This document shows positions 10,187 through 20,897 of a DNA stretch of 64,000 nt, in pieces. Source of the DNA: a virus (Duplodnaviria > Heunggongvirae > Uroviricota > Caudoviricetes); IMG/VR virus record IMGVR_UViG_3300037587_000312, positions 32,552 through 96,551 of that record; one strand, 5' to 3'. A program made the position numbers and the translations under genes. The notes below the pieces were generated by a model. It saw only the letters and a program-made list of their open reading frames with translations, made no database searches and was not told where the DNA came from. How positions within the stretch are numbered: the stretch's first letter is position 1; every line of letters begins with the position of its first letter.

Positions 10187-10522
10187 ATGACAGATATTAC
10201 TATAGTCGCTGGTGATGATTATATTCTGACGCTTGTATATAAAGATAATGCTGGCGTTATTATTGATATCACGAGTGGCTCTGCACGAATGATGGTCAGG
10301 AAGAGTTATTATTCTACACCAGTTATTACTAAAGTAGCGACAATTGATGGACCTCTTGGTGAAATGGTTTTTGATTTTGATCCTGCTGATACTAATTCTC
10401 TCGTAACTCTCCTTTCCAAACAAATATATATTTATGATGTTGAATTAACCGAAGCCAATGGAGACATAACCACAGTCCTTACTGGTGATTTTATAGTTCA
10501 ACAAGCTGTTACAAGGGATTAA
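10187..10522 (+). CDS. hypothetical protein
   Basis: RBS gagagg, ATG start. Confidence 0.3.
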   Translation: MTDITIVAGDDYILTLVYKDNAGVIIDITSGSARMMVRKSYYSTPVITKVATIDGPLGEMVFDFDPADTNSLVTLLSKQIYIYDVELTEANGDITTVLTGDFIVQQAVTRD

Positions 10523-10524
10523 AT

Positions 10525-11322
10525 ATGACCACAGAAAATATTATTGAGGTTATTAAACCCAACATACGAACTATTGAAGTTAGTGCTGCCAAAGGAACAC
10601 AAGGTGATACTGGTGGTATAGGTTTAACTGGGGATACCGGAGATACTGGAGCTACTGGCGCAGATGGATCTACTGTTCTTAGTGGATTAGTTCCCCCAGA
10701 AGTCGGTGATGGTGTTGATGGGGACTTCTGGATAGATGTTATTACAAGCATTATTTACGGACCCAAAGCTTCTGGCGCATGGCCAGCAGGGGTTAATTTA
10801 AAAGGTGGTGATGGTAGCGATGGATCAGACGGTTCTGACGGAATAGATGGTGTAGGAGTCCCTGCAGGGGGTACTACAGGCCAACACCTGACAAAGATAG
10901 ACGCAACTGATCACAACACTGAATGGACTACACCAGCAACACCTGATGTAGAGGAAGCTCCTATTGATGGTTCTCCTTATGCCAGACAAGATACTGGGTG
11001 GGTATCATCTAATAGTGGTGTCACATTTACGGATATAACTGAAACAGTTCATGTTGCAACTACTGTCGATGTTGATCCAGCTGATGGTAACATACAGGTG
11101 AGAACCTTAGCTGGTAATGAAACACCAACATATTCTAATATTTCAACAGGCCAGTCTGTACTGATTAAATACGTGATTGGTGCTTTTATTTTAACCTTAA
11201 CCAATATCCCAAAATGGACCAATGATGGCACAGCTCCTAGCTCGATAGCTGCCGAGCATTGGTTAGTGATATCTAACGTAGATGGTACGATTGTTGGAAC
11301 TAATGTCGGAGGTGTTTCCTGA
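10525..11322 (+). CDS. collagen-like repeat tail fibre protein
   Basis: G-x-x triplets (GDTGGIGLTGDTGDTGATGADG; GGDGSDGSDGSDGIDG). Confidence 0.5.
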   Translation: MTTENIIEVIKPNIRTIEVSAAKGTQGDTGGIGLTGDTGDTGATGADGSTVLSGLVPPEVGDGVDGDFWIDVITSIIYGPKASGAWPAGVNLKGGDGSDGSDGSDGIDGVGVPAGGTTGQHLTKIDATDHNTEWTTPATPDVEEAPIDGSPYARQDTGWVSSNSGVTFTDITETVHVATTVDVDPADGNIQVRTLAGNETPTYSNISTGQSVLIKYVIGAFILTLTNIPKWTNDGTAPSSIAAEHWLVISNVDGTIVGTNVGGVS

Positions 11323-12011
11323 TGATGGCACGTAATCTTCTTAAAGCAGTCAGTGGTATCCCGATCACTTCACCTAATCACCCCGACCTGAAATGGCGGT
11401 ATTTGATGGGTAATATTAGCGGGTCAACGTTGAACGATGACTCCCCGAAGGGTGTGAATGGTACTATAACGGGAGCGGTATCCGGCACTGAGACAGGAGA
11501 TGACTTTCTTGATTTCTCCACATCAACCGACCGTGTGAATCTCCCAAATGGCGCTATGGCGAACTCCCCCAGCTTTGAAGGCGTATTTGTAATAAAAAAT
11601 GAGGATGGCTCGAACGGCGGCCTCTTCGATTATGACTGGGATATATTGGCGACTAAAGTCAGCGGGGACGTCATTCTGCTAAATGAGCCGTCGTCTTCTA
11701 GAGTGCGAATGTTATATCGACCTTCTGACCCCGGTGCTCCCGTGACAATTGTAACTACCTCGGCGTTATCGGTAGGAGTTAAGACGGTCATCTTTTTCGG
11801 GGTATCTTTTACTGGTATGTTTTTAGAACATGGTGGTGAAAGGGTTACAGCGGTCATAAGCCACTCAGGCGTACCCTCGGGGACATCTAAGTGTACATTC
11901 GGCAACAGAGGGTTAGAAAATGCCACGGCGGGTGGGAAAATCTATGATTTTGCTATGTTTAATCGGACTCTAACAACTGCAGAACGTCTAGAATGGGAGG
12001 CATCTATATGA
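11322..12011 (+). CDS. hypothetical structural protein
   Basis: Start overlaps the previous stop (TGATG). Confidence 0.35.
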   Translation: MMARNLLKAVSGIPITSPNHPDLKWRYLMGNISGSTLNDDSPKGVNGTITGAVSGTETGDDFLDFSTSTDRVNLPNGAMANSPSFEGVFVIKNEDGSNGGLFDYDWDILATKVSGDVILLNEPSSSRVRMLYRPSDPGAPVTIVTTSALSVGVKTVIFFGVSFTGMFLEHGGERVTAVISHSGVPSGTSKCTFGNRGLENATAGGKIYDFAMFNRTLTTAERLEWEASI

Positions 12012-12481
12012 TATATGTTGATTTAGATACAATGGAAGTATGTTCTCATATCTTCCTACAGAAAAAACATTCTGCATATAAGTTAACAGCTTTTACATCT
12101 GGTGAATTATTATCAATGAATGCAGCCCTCCTTGATGAATCTACATCGGGAGATGTGGCTACAGGTAATGCTATATCGGATAATGGAACATATAGACGAG
12201 AATATCGTAATTTTACCCCTGAAGAGATCTATAATAAAAATAAGGTAAATAGGTCGGAGTTAGTTAGTGAAATAACTGTAACCACCCTCTCAGGTAAAAC
12301 TTTCGATGGGGATGAAGATAGTCAGAACAGAATGGCCAGAGCCATTTCGGCAGGGAATGCCGGTGATACAACAGGTTGGAAACTTGCAGATAATACTTGG
12401 GAAGAGAATATTACTTGGGAAGAACTGCGTGAAGCGCTTCTTTTGGCGGGACAAGCTCAGACAGCAATTTGGAATATTTAA
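12008..12481 (+). CDS. hypothetical protein
   Basis: ATG 12008 with RBS ggagg 7 nt upstream. The longer ORF-table start lies inside the previous gene. Confidence 0.35.
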   Translation: MIYVDLDTMEVCSHIFLQKKHSAYKLTAFTSGELLSMNAALLDESTSGDVATGNAISDNGTYRREYRNFTPEEIYNKNKVNRSELVSEITVTTLSGKTFDGDEDSQNRMARAISAGNAGDTTGWKLADNTWEENITWEELREALLLAGQAQTAIWNI

Positions 12482-12513
12482 AGTATCTAAGTAATTATAT
12501 TCTGCACAAAAGA

Positions 12514-12543
12514 AAGGGGAGCCGATTGGCTCCCCTTTTTATT
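12514..12543. terminator. bidirectional rho-independent terminator between convergent modules
   Basis: 10-bp GC-rich stem aaggggagcc/ggctcccctt, loop gatt, with T-runs on both strands. Confidence 0.6.
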
Positions 12544-12548
12544 TCCCC

Positions 12549-13607
12549 TTAAAAAGGGATATCATCATCAAAGTCATCATCTACAGGCTGTGTAACCACC
12601 TTAGAAGAGGCTTTTGGTTTAGCCTTAGGCTTCGCCTTAGTTTCAGGCTTACTAGCCTCCTGAGGCTCTCCTTGTCCTTCTGAGGCACCTTTGTTGACAT
12701 ATCCTTTGTCGTTCACACCAACCTGATCGAAAGCCAACTTCATAGCACTTGGTTCGACTGGTTTAGATGGATCATCAAAGTTAATATTATCATAGTCCAT
12801 CGCAGACATGATCTTACGGCAAACTGCTGGACGGAAGAATTTAATATTCTCTACGATCTTCTCAACAGGTGAGTAGAAATTCAGAGCCAGAGGCTCAGCA
12901 TTCAACTCCCCAAGAGGCATACCCTCTATCAAAGGAGCATACGACTTAAGATTGACATTGGTGTAAACGATCAACTTCCCTGCATCATCTACCTTATCAC
13001 TCTTGTTCTGCTTGATGACACAATTCATCAGGAAAGGCTTACCAAGCAACCGAGTAATATCACTGCGAAGAGGGTTCTCCTCATCATACGTACCGGGATC
13101 AAGGATAACTTCTTCCTCTACCGCTTCAGCGATTTTAGCCCAACGGGAATTACTAGCAAGAGTCCAAGGAAGTTTGATCCACTCACCTGTTTTCTCATTC
13201 TTACCGTGACCAGTTTCAACGAAATTAATACCTCCATTCTTCTCGATCCGGCCTAGGAATTCATTATGCAGAGGCATACGGATTTGTTGTACACCGATAT
13301 CATCCCCGTAATCATGCTCATCTTGTAGCATATCTACATAAACACCCATCTGCTCAACAGGTTTAGGTGTATAGATATCAGGCTTACGCTCAGTGATACC
13401 TTCACCATTTACTACATCAACCCACTTCAGTTCACCAGTTTTATCATCAGTCTTCTGGAATGGATCGTTCTTATGCGTACCGAAAGATACCAAAAAGGAT
13501 ACTGCGACTTGGCGCAGACCTTTCTTTGGGATTGGTGTTACGAAAGGAGTATAATCCCCACCATCGCCCTGTGGAATCTCTTTACGCTTAGGTGTCATAC
13601 CGCCCAT
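12549..13607 (-). CDS. ssb: single-stranded DNA-binding protein
   Basis: C-terminal acidic tail DDDFDDDIPF identical in style to the bacterial SSB tip. Sits in replisome module. Confidence 0.6.
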   Translation of the reverse strand: MGGMTPKRKEIPQGDGGDYTPFVTPIPKKGLRQVAVSFLVSFGTHKNDPFQKTDDKTGELKWVDVVNGEGITERKPDIYTPKPVEQMGVYVDMLQDEHDYGDDIGVQQIRMPLHNEFLGRIEKNGGINFVETGHGKNEKTGEWIKLPWTLASNSRWAKIAEAVEEEVILDPGTYDEENPLRSDITRLLGKPFLMNCVIKQNKSDKVDDAGKLIVYTNVNLKSYAPLIEGMPLGELNAEPLALNFYSPVEKIVENIKFFRPAVCRKIMSAMDYDNINFDDPSKPVEPSAMKLAFDQVGVNDKGYVNKGASEGQGEPQEASKPETKAKPKAKPKASSKVVTQPVDDDFDDDIPF

Positions 13608-13907
13608 TTACTTCTCCTCTTTAGAGTTTAATTTAATACCACGATCAACAAAAGCCATAACAAAATCTAGACCATGTTGAGATTTACCTTTGATCTCCTT
13701 ACCCTTAGAAACTAGTTCATAGGTAGGCTCTCCGAGGGTTTTGCTGCCATCCTCATGGATGATCATTTCCCCATCAACTTTCTTGTACTTATCTTCAGTG
13801 ATGAGACCAACTTTAGTAACCCGATCCATACGTTGATGGACTTGTCGCTTAGTTAGTTGCTTCCCTTTAAACTTACCACCTGTCCGACGATTCCTACTTA
13901 CAGACAT
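13608..13907 (-). CDS. hypothetical basic protein
   Basis: ORF contiguous in replication operon. Confidence 0.3.
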   Translation of the reverse strand: MSVSRNRRTGGKFKGKQLTKRQVHQRMDRVTKVGLITEDKYKKVDGEMIIHEDGSKTLGEPTYELVSKGKEIKGKSQHGLDFVMAFVDRGIKLNSKEEK

Positions 13908-14136
13908 TTATTCCCCCCTTAGAGATTCTCTTCAATTTCTTCAGCAGCTTGTAATAACCTCGTTGAGTTTTAGGCTCAACACGGATGGTTATACTCTGAA
14001 CCCTCTCCAACTTCTTGGTCAAAGGATTGACCCGTGCAGTTGTCTTCTCTACAGTTTCGTAGTAAGCTCTCTCTGGCAAACCTTTAGCCAGCTCCCGAGC
14101 TTCCCGCCGCAGCTGCTTCGCTACCTTTCCTCTCAT
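13894..14136 (-). CDS. hypothetical basic protein
   Basis: ORF with operon context only. Confidence 0.25.
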   Translation of the reverse strand: MRGKVAKQLRREARELAKGLPERAYYETVEKTTARVNPLTKKLERVQSITIRVEPKTQRGYYKLLKKLKRISKGGINVCK

Positions 14137-14197
14137 TTACTTCTCCTCATTGAATTGAACCACATAACCGTAATTGTACAGCATGTGGCTCTGGTTG

Positions 14198-14698
14198 TCA
14201 AGCCTCAAAATGAACTTTGTGTGCATCGAATAATTCTTTGGCATCTTCATAAATGCAATCATAGAAGGATATTCCAGCACCTCTCTCAGATGGTTCATAT
14301 GCACACTCACCAAAGATCTGATGAAGGTCTTCTATTAAAGCATTCTGGGTCTGTTCTAATTCCTCCCCCTGTAGAAAGCATGATGACCCTGTGGCGACAG
14401 GAGTTTCAAAACGCATACCGCCACCAGCAACTCCTCCATAAAATAAAACCTCTGATGGGGCGTTCATCACTGATTCTTGTTTCCCCTCCCTATCAACCTT
14501 CATGACATTATCAACTGCATCAGCAGCTTCAATTCTGGTAATCCCTAGGAAGTACATATCTTTTGGTCGAGATGCTTCCGCCGAGATTAATGCATTACCA
14601 TAAGCCTCTGACCAAATGGAAACCTTATGAACACTGAGTAAATCTTCACCTTGCATACGCTCCTGTTTAAAACCATATAATGCTGTAAATTTTTCCAT
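14198..14698 (-). CDS. hypothetical protein
   Basis: 166-aa ORF in operon. Confidence 0.3.
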   Translation of the reverse strand: MEKFTALYGFKQERMQGEDLLSVHKVSIWSEAYGNALISAEASRPKDMYFLGITRIEAADAVDNVMKVDREGKQESVMNAPSEVLFYGGVAGGGMRFETPVATGSSCFLQGEELEQTQNALIEDLHQIFGECAYEPSERGAGISFYDCIYEDAKELFDAHKVHFEA

Positions 14699-14706
14699 TC
14701 ATCCTC

Positions 14707-15381
14707 CTAGTGTGTTTCCCTTAGTATACTCTCATTTAACTGCTTACGCTTCTTCCGTTGAACAGCTTTCTTTTTAGGTATTCCTGTTAGTTCACTCCAA
14801 TTCCTCCCTGTCCAAATATTGGAAACTGTTATTTGCTTCACTCCAAAAAGTTCTCCAATTGATTCTTGGGAAAGAGTTTTATTTTTAAGTAATTTAACAA
14901 TCTCAAGTACCTCCTTATTTGTAAGTACAGAGAGGACTGACTCTTCTCCTTTCTTTTGTTCTCGAGTACCCCTGACAAAAGAGTCTTTCAGATTATAACT
15001 CTGAGTACACCACTCAAGATTTTCAACCCTATTATCAGTACGGATACCGTTTATATGGTTGACAGCTACATAGTCTACTCCAGAGACTTTTGCCTCCTCC
15101 AAGAGAAAATCCGAAGGAGGCTCCAAAAAGCTTTCCGCTATTAATCTATGTACTCTTGCAGTTCGCACACCTCCAATTGTTAACCTTACTTGTGGGTATC
15201 CCGAGACATTCAGATTAAGCTCCATGATCATTTCAGGGTGTTTCTGTTCCCATGAAGTAACTTGATTTCTCCCTGTTGATATTACCTTGAGGCGCTTAAC
15301 ACATCCCAAAGAACTCACCTGATAAATCCCTATATGGGTTAATATATCTTTCCAAATTTCCATAGTTTCCTTTAAAATCAA
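14707..15381 (-). CDS. HNH homing endonuclease (NUMOD4 N-terminal motif + HNH_3 core + C-terminal HTH)
   Basis: MEIWKDIL..GIYQVSSLGCV (NUMOD4-like) and VAVNHINGIRTDNRVENLEWCT (HNH_3 signature). Its ATG overlaps the DNA polymerase stop (ATGA). Confidence 0.65.
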   Translation of the reverse strand: MILKETMEIWKDILTHIGIYQVSSLGCVKRLKVISTGRNQVTSWEQKHPEMIMELNLNVSGYPQVRLTIGGVRTARVHRLIAESFLEPPSDFLLEEAKVSGVDYVAVNHINGIRTDNRVENLEWCTQSYNLKDSFVRGTREQKKGEESVLSVLTNKEVLEIVKLLKNKTLSQESIGELFGVKQITVSNIWTGRNWSELTGIPKKKAVQRKKRKQLNESILRETH

Positions 15382-17957
15382 TGAGTTTCTGCAAGATTCA
15401 ATCCAATATCATATGTTGCTCCAAACGGTAGCGGCATATTCAGGAACTCCCCAGCCTTATTCAAACTCAAATTACCCAGTTCTCCAACCTGACAGTAGTA
15501 AACTTCGTAGTGGTTACCTACCCGATGTGGATTAGATAACAATCTCCCATCAGGATCTACATAAGCTTTAGCCTCTTCTTTTGCTTCCTTGTCACTATCC
15601 TCATCATCCTTGATCTTAATTTCAAAAGTAGCTACCAATTCAATCAGTTCATCAGGAACCTCATACTGGAACTCGTCGTGAACAAACGCTAATCGGTCCA
15701 CACCTTGATCCAGCAATCCTCTTCTCTTAAGCATATCATACATGTAACAAGCTGACAAGAACATAATGATACTTCCGCAACTCTGGAATAAAGCATTAAC
15801 CAAAGAGTGCTTAGAACGAGTAAAGATCTTACGTCCATCAATACCACGGATATATTTCTTACCTGTTGCAACCCAATACTCTTCCAGATCATCTCGCAGT
15901 AGCTTGAGACCATAGTTAGTGTCCCAGAAGGCGTCAATTACACGCTGAGCCGCTGATTGGATGATACCTAACATCTTGGCTACCTTAGCTGATTGGGCAC
16001 CATACAGGACAGCATACGTAATGTTCTTGCCCTCTGTTCGCGTTACCACCCGACAAGCAGCTATTGTATAAGCCTGTGCGTTGGTTTCGTGTGCATCCCC
16101 TTTAAGTTGGGCAGCATAATCACCGTTATCATAGTGGTAAGCATAACTAGCAGCTACAAACTGCTCGAGGTTAGATCCGTCATACCCTAATATCTTTTTA
16201 CCTTCAGGAGCAATGAAGTTAGCTCTCATTTCGTATCCAAGCAATACACTGGGATCAGCCTTAGGTAAGTTAACAATATCTCTGTGCTTATATCTATTGG
16301 TATTTGTTGGACCAGCATGCCCTTGGCCAATACGCCCATCAACTTTCAAACGCTTATTATTTAACCATCCAGTATCCTTTCCTTCAGCCTTAGTCTTGAT
16401 CGTACTACGCCTATTGCGCAGAGATAACCACTTGACGATGGCTTTCGCCATATCACCTTTCAGCATAGCCAATGAAGGGCATAGCTCACCACGTTCATCT
16501 TTAAATTTCGGTGTTGTAACAAGGTAACGTGCCTTACGCATTAACTTATCTACAATCTTTTCTGGTTGCCCACGTTCAAAATTAACACCCATCTCATCAT
16601 AGATATAAATTCTGTATGGAGATTCTTTTACATCCTCTACGTAAGCAGCAATCCTTTCCCATACTTCCTCCTCTGGACGATTCTGTTTCCTGTCATCTCG
16701 GGATACATCCTTTGTTCCCCAAATTGTGGGTTGCCAACCTTCATCACGGAACAGGTATAACTTAATATCCTTTTGGTTAGAAAGTTTCATCTCCGCTGTC
16801 ATATCAGGCATAACCTCATTTCTAAGGTCTTCCTTAGCCTGTTCAAGCAGTTCTGGATCTATTACCACAGGGTCAACTACAATACCTGCACCATCTCGGA
16901 TTTTACCCTTCAAACACTCAACATCTATATCCCTACTAATCTCCATTTTCTCTAACCAACTATAACCACTAGCAGAGATATCCCCATCTGCCTTAAAAGG
17001 TTTGGCTGGGTATTTGATTGGCTTATCAGTTTTAGTTTCCTCATCAATTTCATAACCCAGACGCTTCAACCAATTATAACCGTTAGCTGAAATACAACCG
17101 TCATCATTAAAAGGCTTTGCTGGGAAACTTGGTCGCTGTGAAGGTGGTAACTCTCTCCGTGGCAACTGAGGCTCAATATCCTCCTCAATCTCCTTCTGCA
17201 TTCTGTCAATACGGATAATCAGCCTCTCCATTGCCTCCTGATCAACGAGAATACCGCACTTATTCTGCACCTCCATTAAGTAGTCATTCTTGTTATTAAT
17301 CTTGAGAGCAGTTTTCCAACCAGAAGGTAATCCTAGTGGTGGTACAATATGCTCTCCAAGAGCAATATCTTGACTCTCTATAATCAATGCAGTCATAACC
17401 AGTTCGTTGATAATAACATCTTCAATACAACGGTGGAGATAGACCTCGAGTGGTTGGTTAACCCAATCATCTACATTAGGCTTTTTATTAGCCACACGAT
17501 AACCCCAAGCTGCCAATCCATGAGGACCAACAGTTCGGTATTTCTTATTCACAGGATCATACACTTTTGATGCACAACCATATGGAAGATATCGGTCTGG
17601 ATACAAAGCTCTGCTCATTGAGAGTGTATCAATCAACCGTACCTCTGAACCATCGATATTATCAGGTCCAAGATCATAGCTTTCAATATACCCTAGCTTG
17701 ACAAATAGGTCGAGATCGTAACCAAACAAATTGTGGATAGCCAAAGCACCTAGACTTCTAATCATCTGATTAAAGTCTTCGTGTTCTAGCCATTCAATAT
17801 TATATTTAGCTTCAATCTCATCAATGAATTCTTGTGGTAATTTATCTTTCTCACAAACAATCTGCCACTTATCTTTCTTATATCTCTTAACGACGAAGCA
17901 GTGCATTTTGGTCACTTCGTCAAGGAGACCATCAGCCTCCGCATCACCTATCCACAT
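15378..17957 (-). CDS. DNA polymerase, family A, T7 gp5-like, with 3'-5' exonuclease domain
   Basis: N-terminus MWIGDAEADGLLDEVTKMHCFVV parallels T7 gp5 MIVSDIEANALLESVTKFHCGVI. Motif A ILGYDGSNLEQ, motif B K..YAVLYG, motif C VHDE. Confidence 0.85.
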   Translation of the reverse strand: MWIGDAEADGLLDEVTKMHCFVVKRYKKDKWQIVCEKDKLPQEFIDEIEAKYNIEWLEHEDFNQMIRSLGALAIHNLFGYDLDLFVKLGYIESYDLGPDNIDGSEVRLIDTLSMSRALYPDRYLPYGCASKVYDPVNKKYRTVGPHGLAAWGYRVANKKPNVDDWVNQPLEVYLHRCIEDVIINELVMTALIIESQDIALGEHIVPPLGLPSGWKTALKINNKNDYLMEVQNKCGILVDQEAMERLIIRIDRMQKEIEEDIEPQLPRRELPPSQRPSFPAKPFNDDGCISANGYNWLKRLGYEIDEETKTDKPIKYPAKPFKADGDISASGYSWLEKMEISRDIDVECLKGKIRDGAGIVVDPVVIDPELLEQAKEDLRNEVMPDMTAEMKLSNQKDIKLYLFRDEGWQPTIWGTKDVSRDDRKQNRPEEEVWERIAAYVEDVKESPYRIYIYDEMGVNFERGQPEKIVDKLMRKARYLVTTPKFKDERGELCPSLAMLKGDMAKAIVKWLSLRNRRSTIKTKAEGKDTGWLNNKRLKVDGRIGQGHAGPTNTNRYKHRDIVNLPKADPSVLLGYEMRANFIAPEGKKILGYDGSNLEQFVAASYAYHYDNGDYAAQLKGDAHETNAQAYTIAACRVVTRTEGKNITYAVLYGAQSAKVAKMLGIIQSAAQRVIDAFWDTNYGLKLLRDDLEEYWVATGKKYIRGIDGRKIFTRSKHSLVNALFQSCGSIIMFLSACYMYDMLKRRGLLDQGVDRLAFVHDEFQYEVPDELIELVATFEIKIKDDEDSDKEAKEEAKAYVDPDGRLLSNPHRVGNHYEVYYCQVGELGNLSLNKAGEFLNMPLPFGATYDIGLNLAETH

Positions 17958-17960
17958 CTA

Positions 17961-18161
17961 TTATTCCTCGTTATCAAGTAAGTCTAATATTTCCTTAGCC
18001 TCTTTAGCCATTGAGACCATACCTGCATGATATCCCCAATGGTAATTAACCCCAGCAGGTTCTGAATCACTCTTCTTATTTACTTCCTCTCTCGCCCATA
18101 GAGTCACCCTCTTTTTCCAAATCTCTAATCTATCTGTCATCATTCCTCTCCCCTCTTCCAC
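17961..18161 (-). CDS. hypothetical small protein
   Basis: ORF in operon. Confidence 0.2.
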   Translation of the reverse strand: MEEGRGMMTDRLEIWKKRVTLWAREEVNKKSDSEPAGVNYHWGYHAGMVSMAKEAKEILDLLDNEE

Positions 18162-18343
18162 TTACCGATAATGTTTTGGAGTAACTGAGAAGCCAGTGAT
18201 CTCACGTACTTATGCTCTTTCTTCTTATCCCGAGACCTAGCCTTCTTACTCCTACGATTCTTGTAGGTATCATTGGGCCAAACATCATGGCCGGGACAGC
18301 ATTCATCTTGCTTAGGTTGAAGTTGCTTTAGTTCACGTTTCAC
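18140..18343 (-). CDS. hypothetical highly basic small protein
   Basis: Arg/Lys-rich ORF. Confidence 0.25.
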   Translation of the reverse strand: MKRELKQLQPKQDECCPGHDVWPNDTYKNRRSKKARSRDKKKEHKYVRSLASQLLQNIIGKWKRGEE

Positions 18344-18360
18344 ACTGGTTCCTCCTCTAC

Positions 18361-18573
18361 TTATGAATCCATAACTTCCTGAGGGATGATATCTCCTTGT
18401 TTACAGGTACGCCATTGGGATCTACTTTCATCTGTCACTTTAATACATTGCTCCAAGTAATAATGGAATACATGCTTCCCACAGGAAGATCTTCTAAATT
18501 TCTCAATACTATCCTTTGGTGCAAAGCCCCACATAGATAATTGCTGCCATTTATATTCTCCAACAGTATACAT
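18361..18573 (-). CDS. hypothetical small Cys-containing protein
   Basis: ORF in operon. Confidence 0.25.
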   Translation of the reverse strand: MYTVGEYKWQQLSMWGFAPKDSIEKFRRSSCGKHVFHYYLEQCIKVTDESRSQWRTCKQGDIIPQEVMDS

Positions 18574-18582
18574 ATTTCCCCC

Positions 18583-20394
18583 TTACATCATAGAATTTGG
18601 CCTACCGTTCTTTGGTTTCATCGAGGTTGTTCCTTCTGCCAATGGTGGGGTCACACCTCTCGTTTTATAATCCTCCCACTCACTTATGGTTTGGCAAGAA
18701 CTCTCAAGGAATCCCTCAGGTGGCTCCAGATAATCACCTGTAGCAACATCATAGAATACCTTAAAACGCCCTGTACGTCCATGCTTACGATCATCCAAGA
18801 CAACAAACCAGCTGGTGCTCTGCTCCTTTAATGATTTCTCTGGATCTTTATCACGTTCAATACCAATCATGTAATAACAAGACTGCATCATAGCACGACT
18901 ACCACGGAACTGCCCAGATTGAACTGCACCACCACGTTCATGAGGTGGACCTGAGTCAGGCTTCAACAAGTGGCAGAATACATAGAAAGTAAATCCTAGG
19001 TCTTTTGCTAACTTACTAATCTCATCACTGAATCTCTCCAACTCTGTGTTGGCATCTCCCGGTGACATACCTGAAGTCAAACGTGTCAATGGATCAATTA
19101 CAATATCCTCTACACCTTCAACTAATACAGCGTGACGGATAGCTCCTTTCAGTTCATCCCAGTATGCACGACCATAGTTGTTATAGTATATCACCTGATC
19201 ACCAACAGCGTCAACTGCTTCGTTCAAATCATTTTGAGTAAAGTATCCTCGCTCTCCTTCTGCGATAACCTCTCCCCACACATCTACCCAAGTCCCATCC
19301 TCAGTTTGGGTATAGATCTTCTCTGCATTAGTCAAGTCCTTATGATACATCTTACCAGCTATCTTCTGACAAGTGATACTGGGTTCTTCTTCAAATTTGA
19401 AGAGGGCAATCTTTTTCTTGTCGTGACGGATAACATACTCAGTAAACTGGTTCACCATCTCTGATTTACCCTGCTTTACACCAGCTCCTATGAAATAACC
19501 TTCCCCAAGCCGTCTACCTAGGGTTAATTTGGTCATAGTGGGCCATGGCCAAGGCTTACCCAGTTTTGGTGGCTCTTTAGCCTTCTTCTCAATCTGATCA
19601 TACGTAATAAAGCCTTCAGGCTTATATGAGATAGGCTTCATAACCGCCCAGAACAGCTGCTCAGCCATCCCTTCGTTGTACATGTCACAAGGATCATAGT
19701 CCTCTGGAAAGGTCGCTACAAGTATGTCAGGAAGCAATCCATAGACCGCTGCAACTGCATCTTGCCCTTTCATGATCTTCTTTTCTTTCTCAGAGGGAGT
19801 TGCTTTATCAGCATCAAAAGCCAAAATGATCTCTCGGAACTTGTCAAGGTATTTAATAGTTTTCTTCTGTCCCAAATTTTGGACAGCATTACTAGTTCCA
19901 TTACCAATTGACATCACTGATGGATTTCCCCTCCCATCATTCTTATCTTTCATTACTTGCCAAGTGATAGCACAATCGTATTCACCCTCAGTAATAACTG
20001 CTTTCTTTCCTCCTGTCTTATTACATGACATCATTCCAAAAAGATCACACTGTACACTCTGGAACCCAACAACAGTGAAATGGGTCTTCTGCTGTTTAGG
20101 AACAGTTAGGTCACGTTTTTTAAATCCCACAATACGCCCATCAAGTGTATATGGGAAGTAGTGTGCTATATGGGTCAAACCATCAGATGTATCTAATTTA
20201 GTCCGTATCCCAAAATGTTCACTTGTTCGTTGGTCAATACCTCTCTCTGGTATAGCTAAAGCTGGTAACTGTAGAATATCATCCACAGTCTCTTTTTTAT
20301 ATCTATCTCTTGGATAATTACCATTACTCACTTCTGCTCTTGCCTCTCTATTAAAATTATCGGGTCCGTATCCCCCAAAACTTCCATCATTCAA
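18583..20394 (-). CDS. DNA primase/helicase (TOPRIM primase fused to DnaB-like SF4 helicase, T7 gp4-like)
   Basis: TOPRIM EGEYD and FDADK motifs. Walker A GAGVKQGKSE, helicase H2-like VIDPLTRL, and a C-terminal region resembling T7 gp4. Confidence 0.75.
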   Translation of the reverse strand: MNDGSFGGYGPDNFNREARAEVSNGNYPRDRYKKETVDDILQLPALAIPERGIDQRTSEHFGIRTKLDTSDGLTHIAHYFPYTLDGRIVGFKKRDLTVPKQQKTHFTVVGFQSVQCDLFGMMSCNKTGGKKAVITEGEYDCAITWQVMKDKNDGRGNPSVMSIGNGTSNAVQNLGQKKTIKYLDKFREIILAFDADKATPSEKEKKIMKGQDAVAAVYGLLPDILVATFPEDYDPCDMYNEGMAEQLFWAVMKPISYKPEGFITYDQIEKKAKEPPKLGKPWPWPTMTKLTLGRRLGEGYFIGAGVKQGKSEMVNQFTEYVIRHDKKKIALFKFEEEPSITCQKIAGKMYHKDLTNAEKIYTQTEDGTWVDVWGEVIAEGERGYFTQNDLNEAVDAVGDQVIYYNNYGRAYWDELKGAIRHAVLVEGVEDIVIDPLTRLTSGMSPGDANTELERFSDEISKLAKDLGFTFYVFCHLLKPDSGPPHERGGAVQSGQFRGSRAMMQSCYYMIGIERDKDPEKSLKEQSTSWFVVLDDRKHGRTGRFKVFYDVATGDYLEPPEGFLESSCQTISEWEDYKTRGVTPPLAEGTTSMKPKNGRPNSMM

Positions 20395-20771
20395 TGCATA
20401 GTCCTCTTTACTAGTATCTTTTCATCAAAGAAAATCTTCGCTACTTCTCCTCCTAAAACAGTATCCGCATAATCAAAGAACCTCTGATATTGCTCTGCGA
20501 TAGCGTGGTGCAAATAAAGACTCTGTATCATCTTAAACCCCGCAGAAAGGTCTGGATTCTCCATAATCTTTTTATTCTCATCCCACATTAATATAAGGGA
20601 TTCTCCAAAGGTACAGGATTCAAATGTCAGAAGATTAAGATTTTTACCCTCTGCCTCAATCATCTCTGAAAGTTTTTCCATATACTTTTTATTATCTTCA
20701 AAAGATAATTCAAATTTACTCTTCTTCATCAAAGAACTCCTCGAAAAGTAAAGGCATGATGGTATCCTCAT
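20391..20771 (-). CDS. hypothetical protein
   Basis: ORF in operon. Confidence 0.3.
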   Translation of the reverse strand: MRIPSCLYFSRSSLMKKSKFELSFEDNKKYMEKLSEMIEAEGKNLNLLTFESCTFGESLILMWDENKKIMENPDLSAGFKMIQSLYLHHAIAEQYQRFFDYADTVLGGEVAKIFFDEKILVKRTMH

Positions 20772-20897
20772 CTAAGAATTCATCATAATCTGATAAGATA
20801 TCCTGCCCTCTTTTAAGTTTTGGTGGTGACAAATCTAAACCACGTAAATGATCCCATAGGATCTGTTGTTTCAAGTCCTCCAGTACAACCTTACCCA

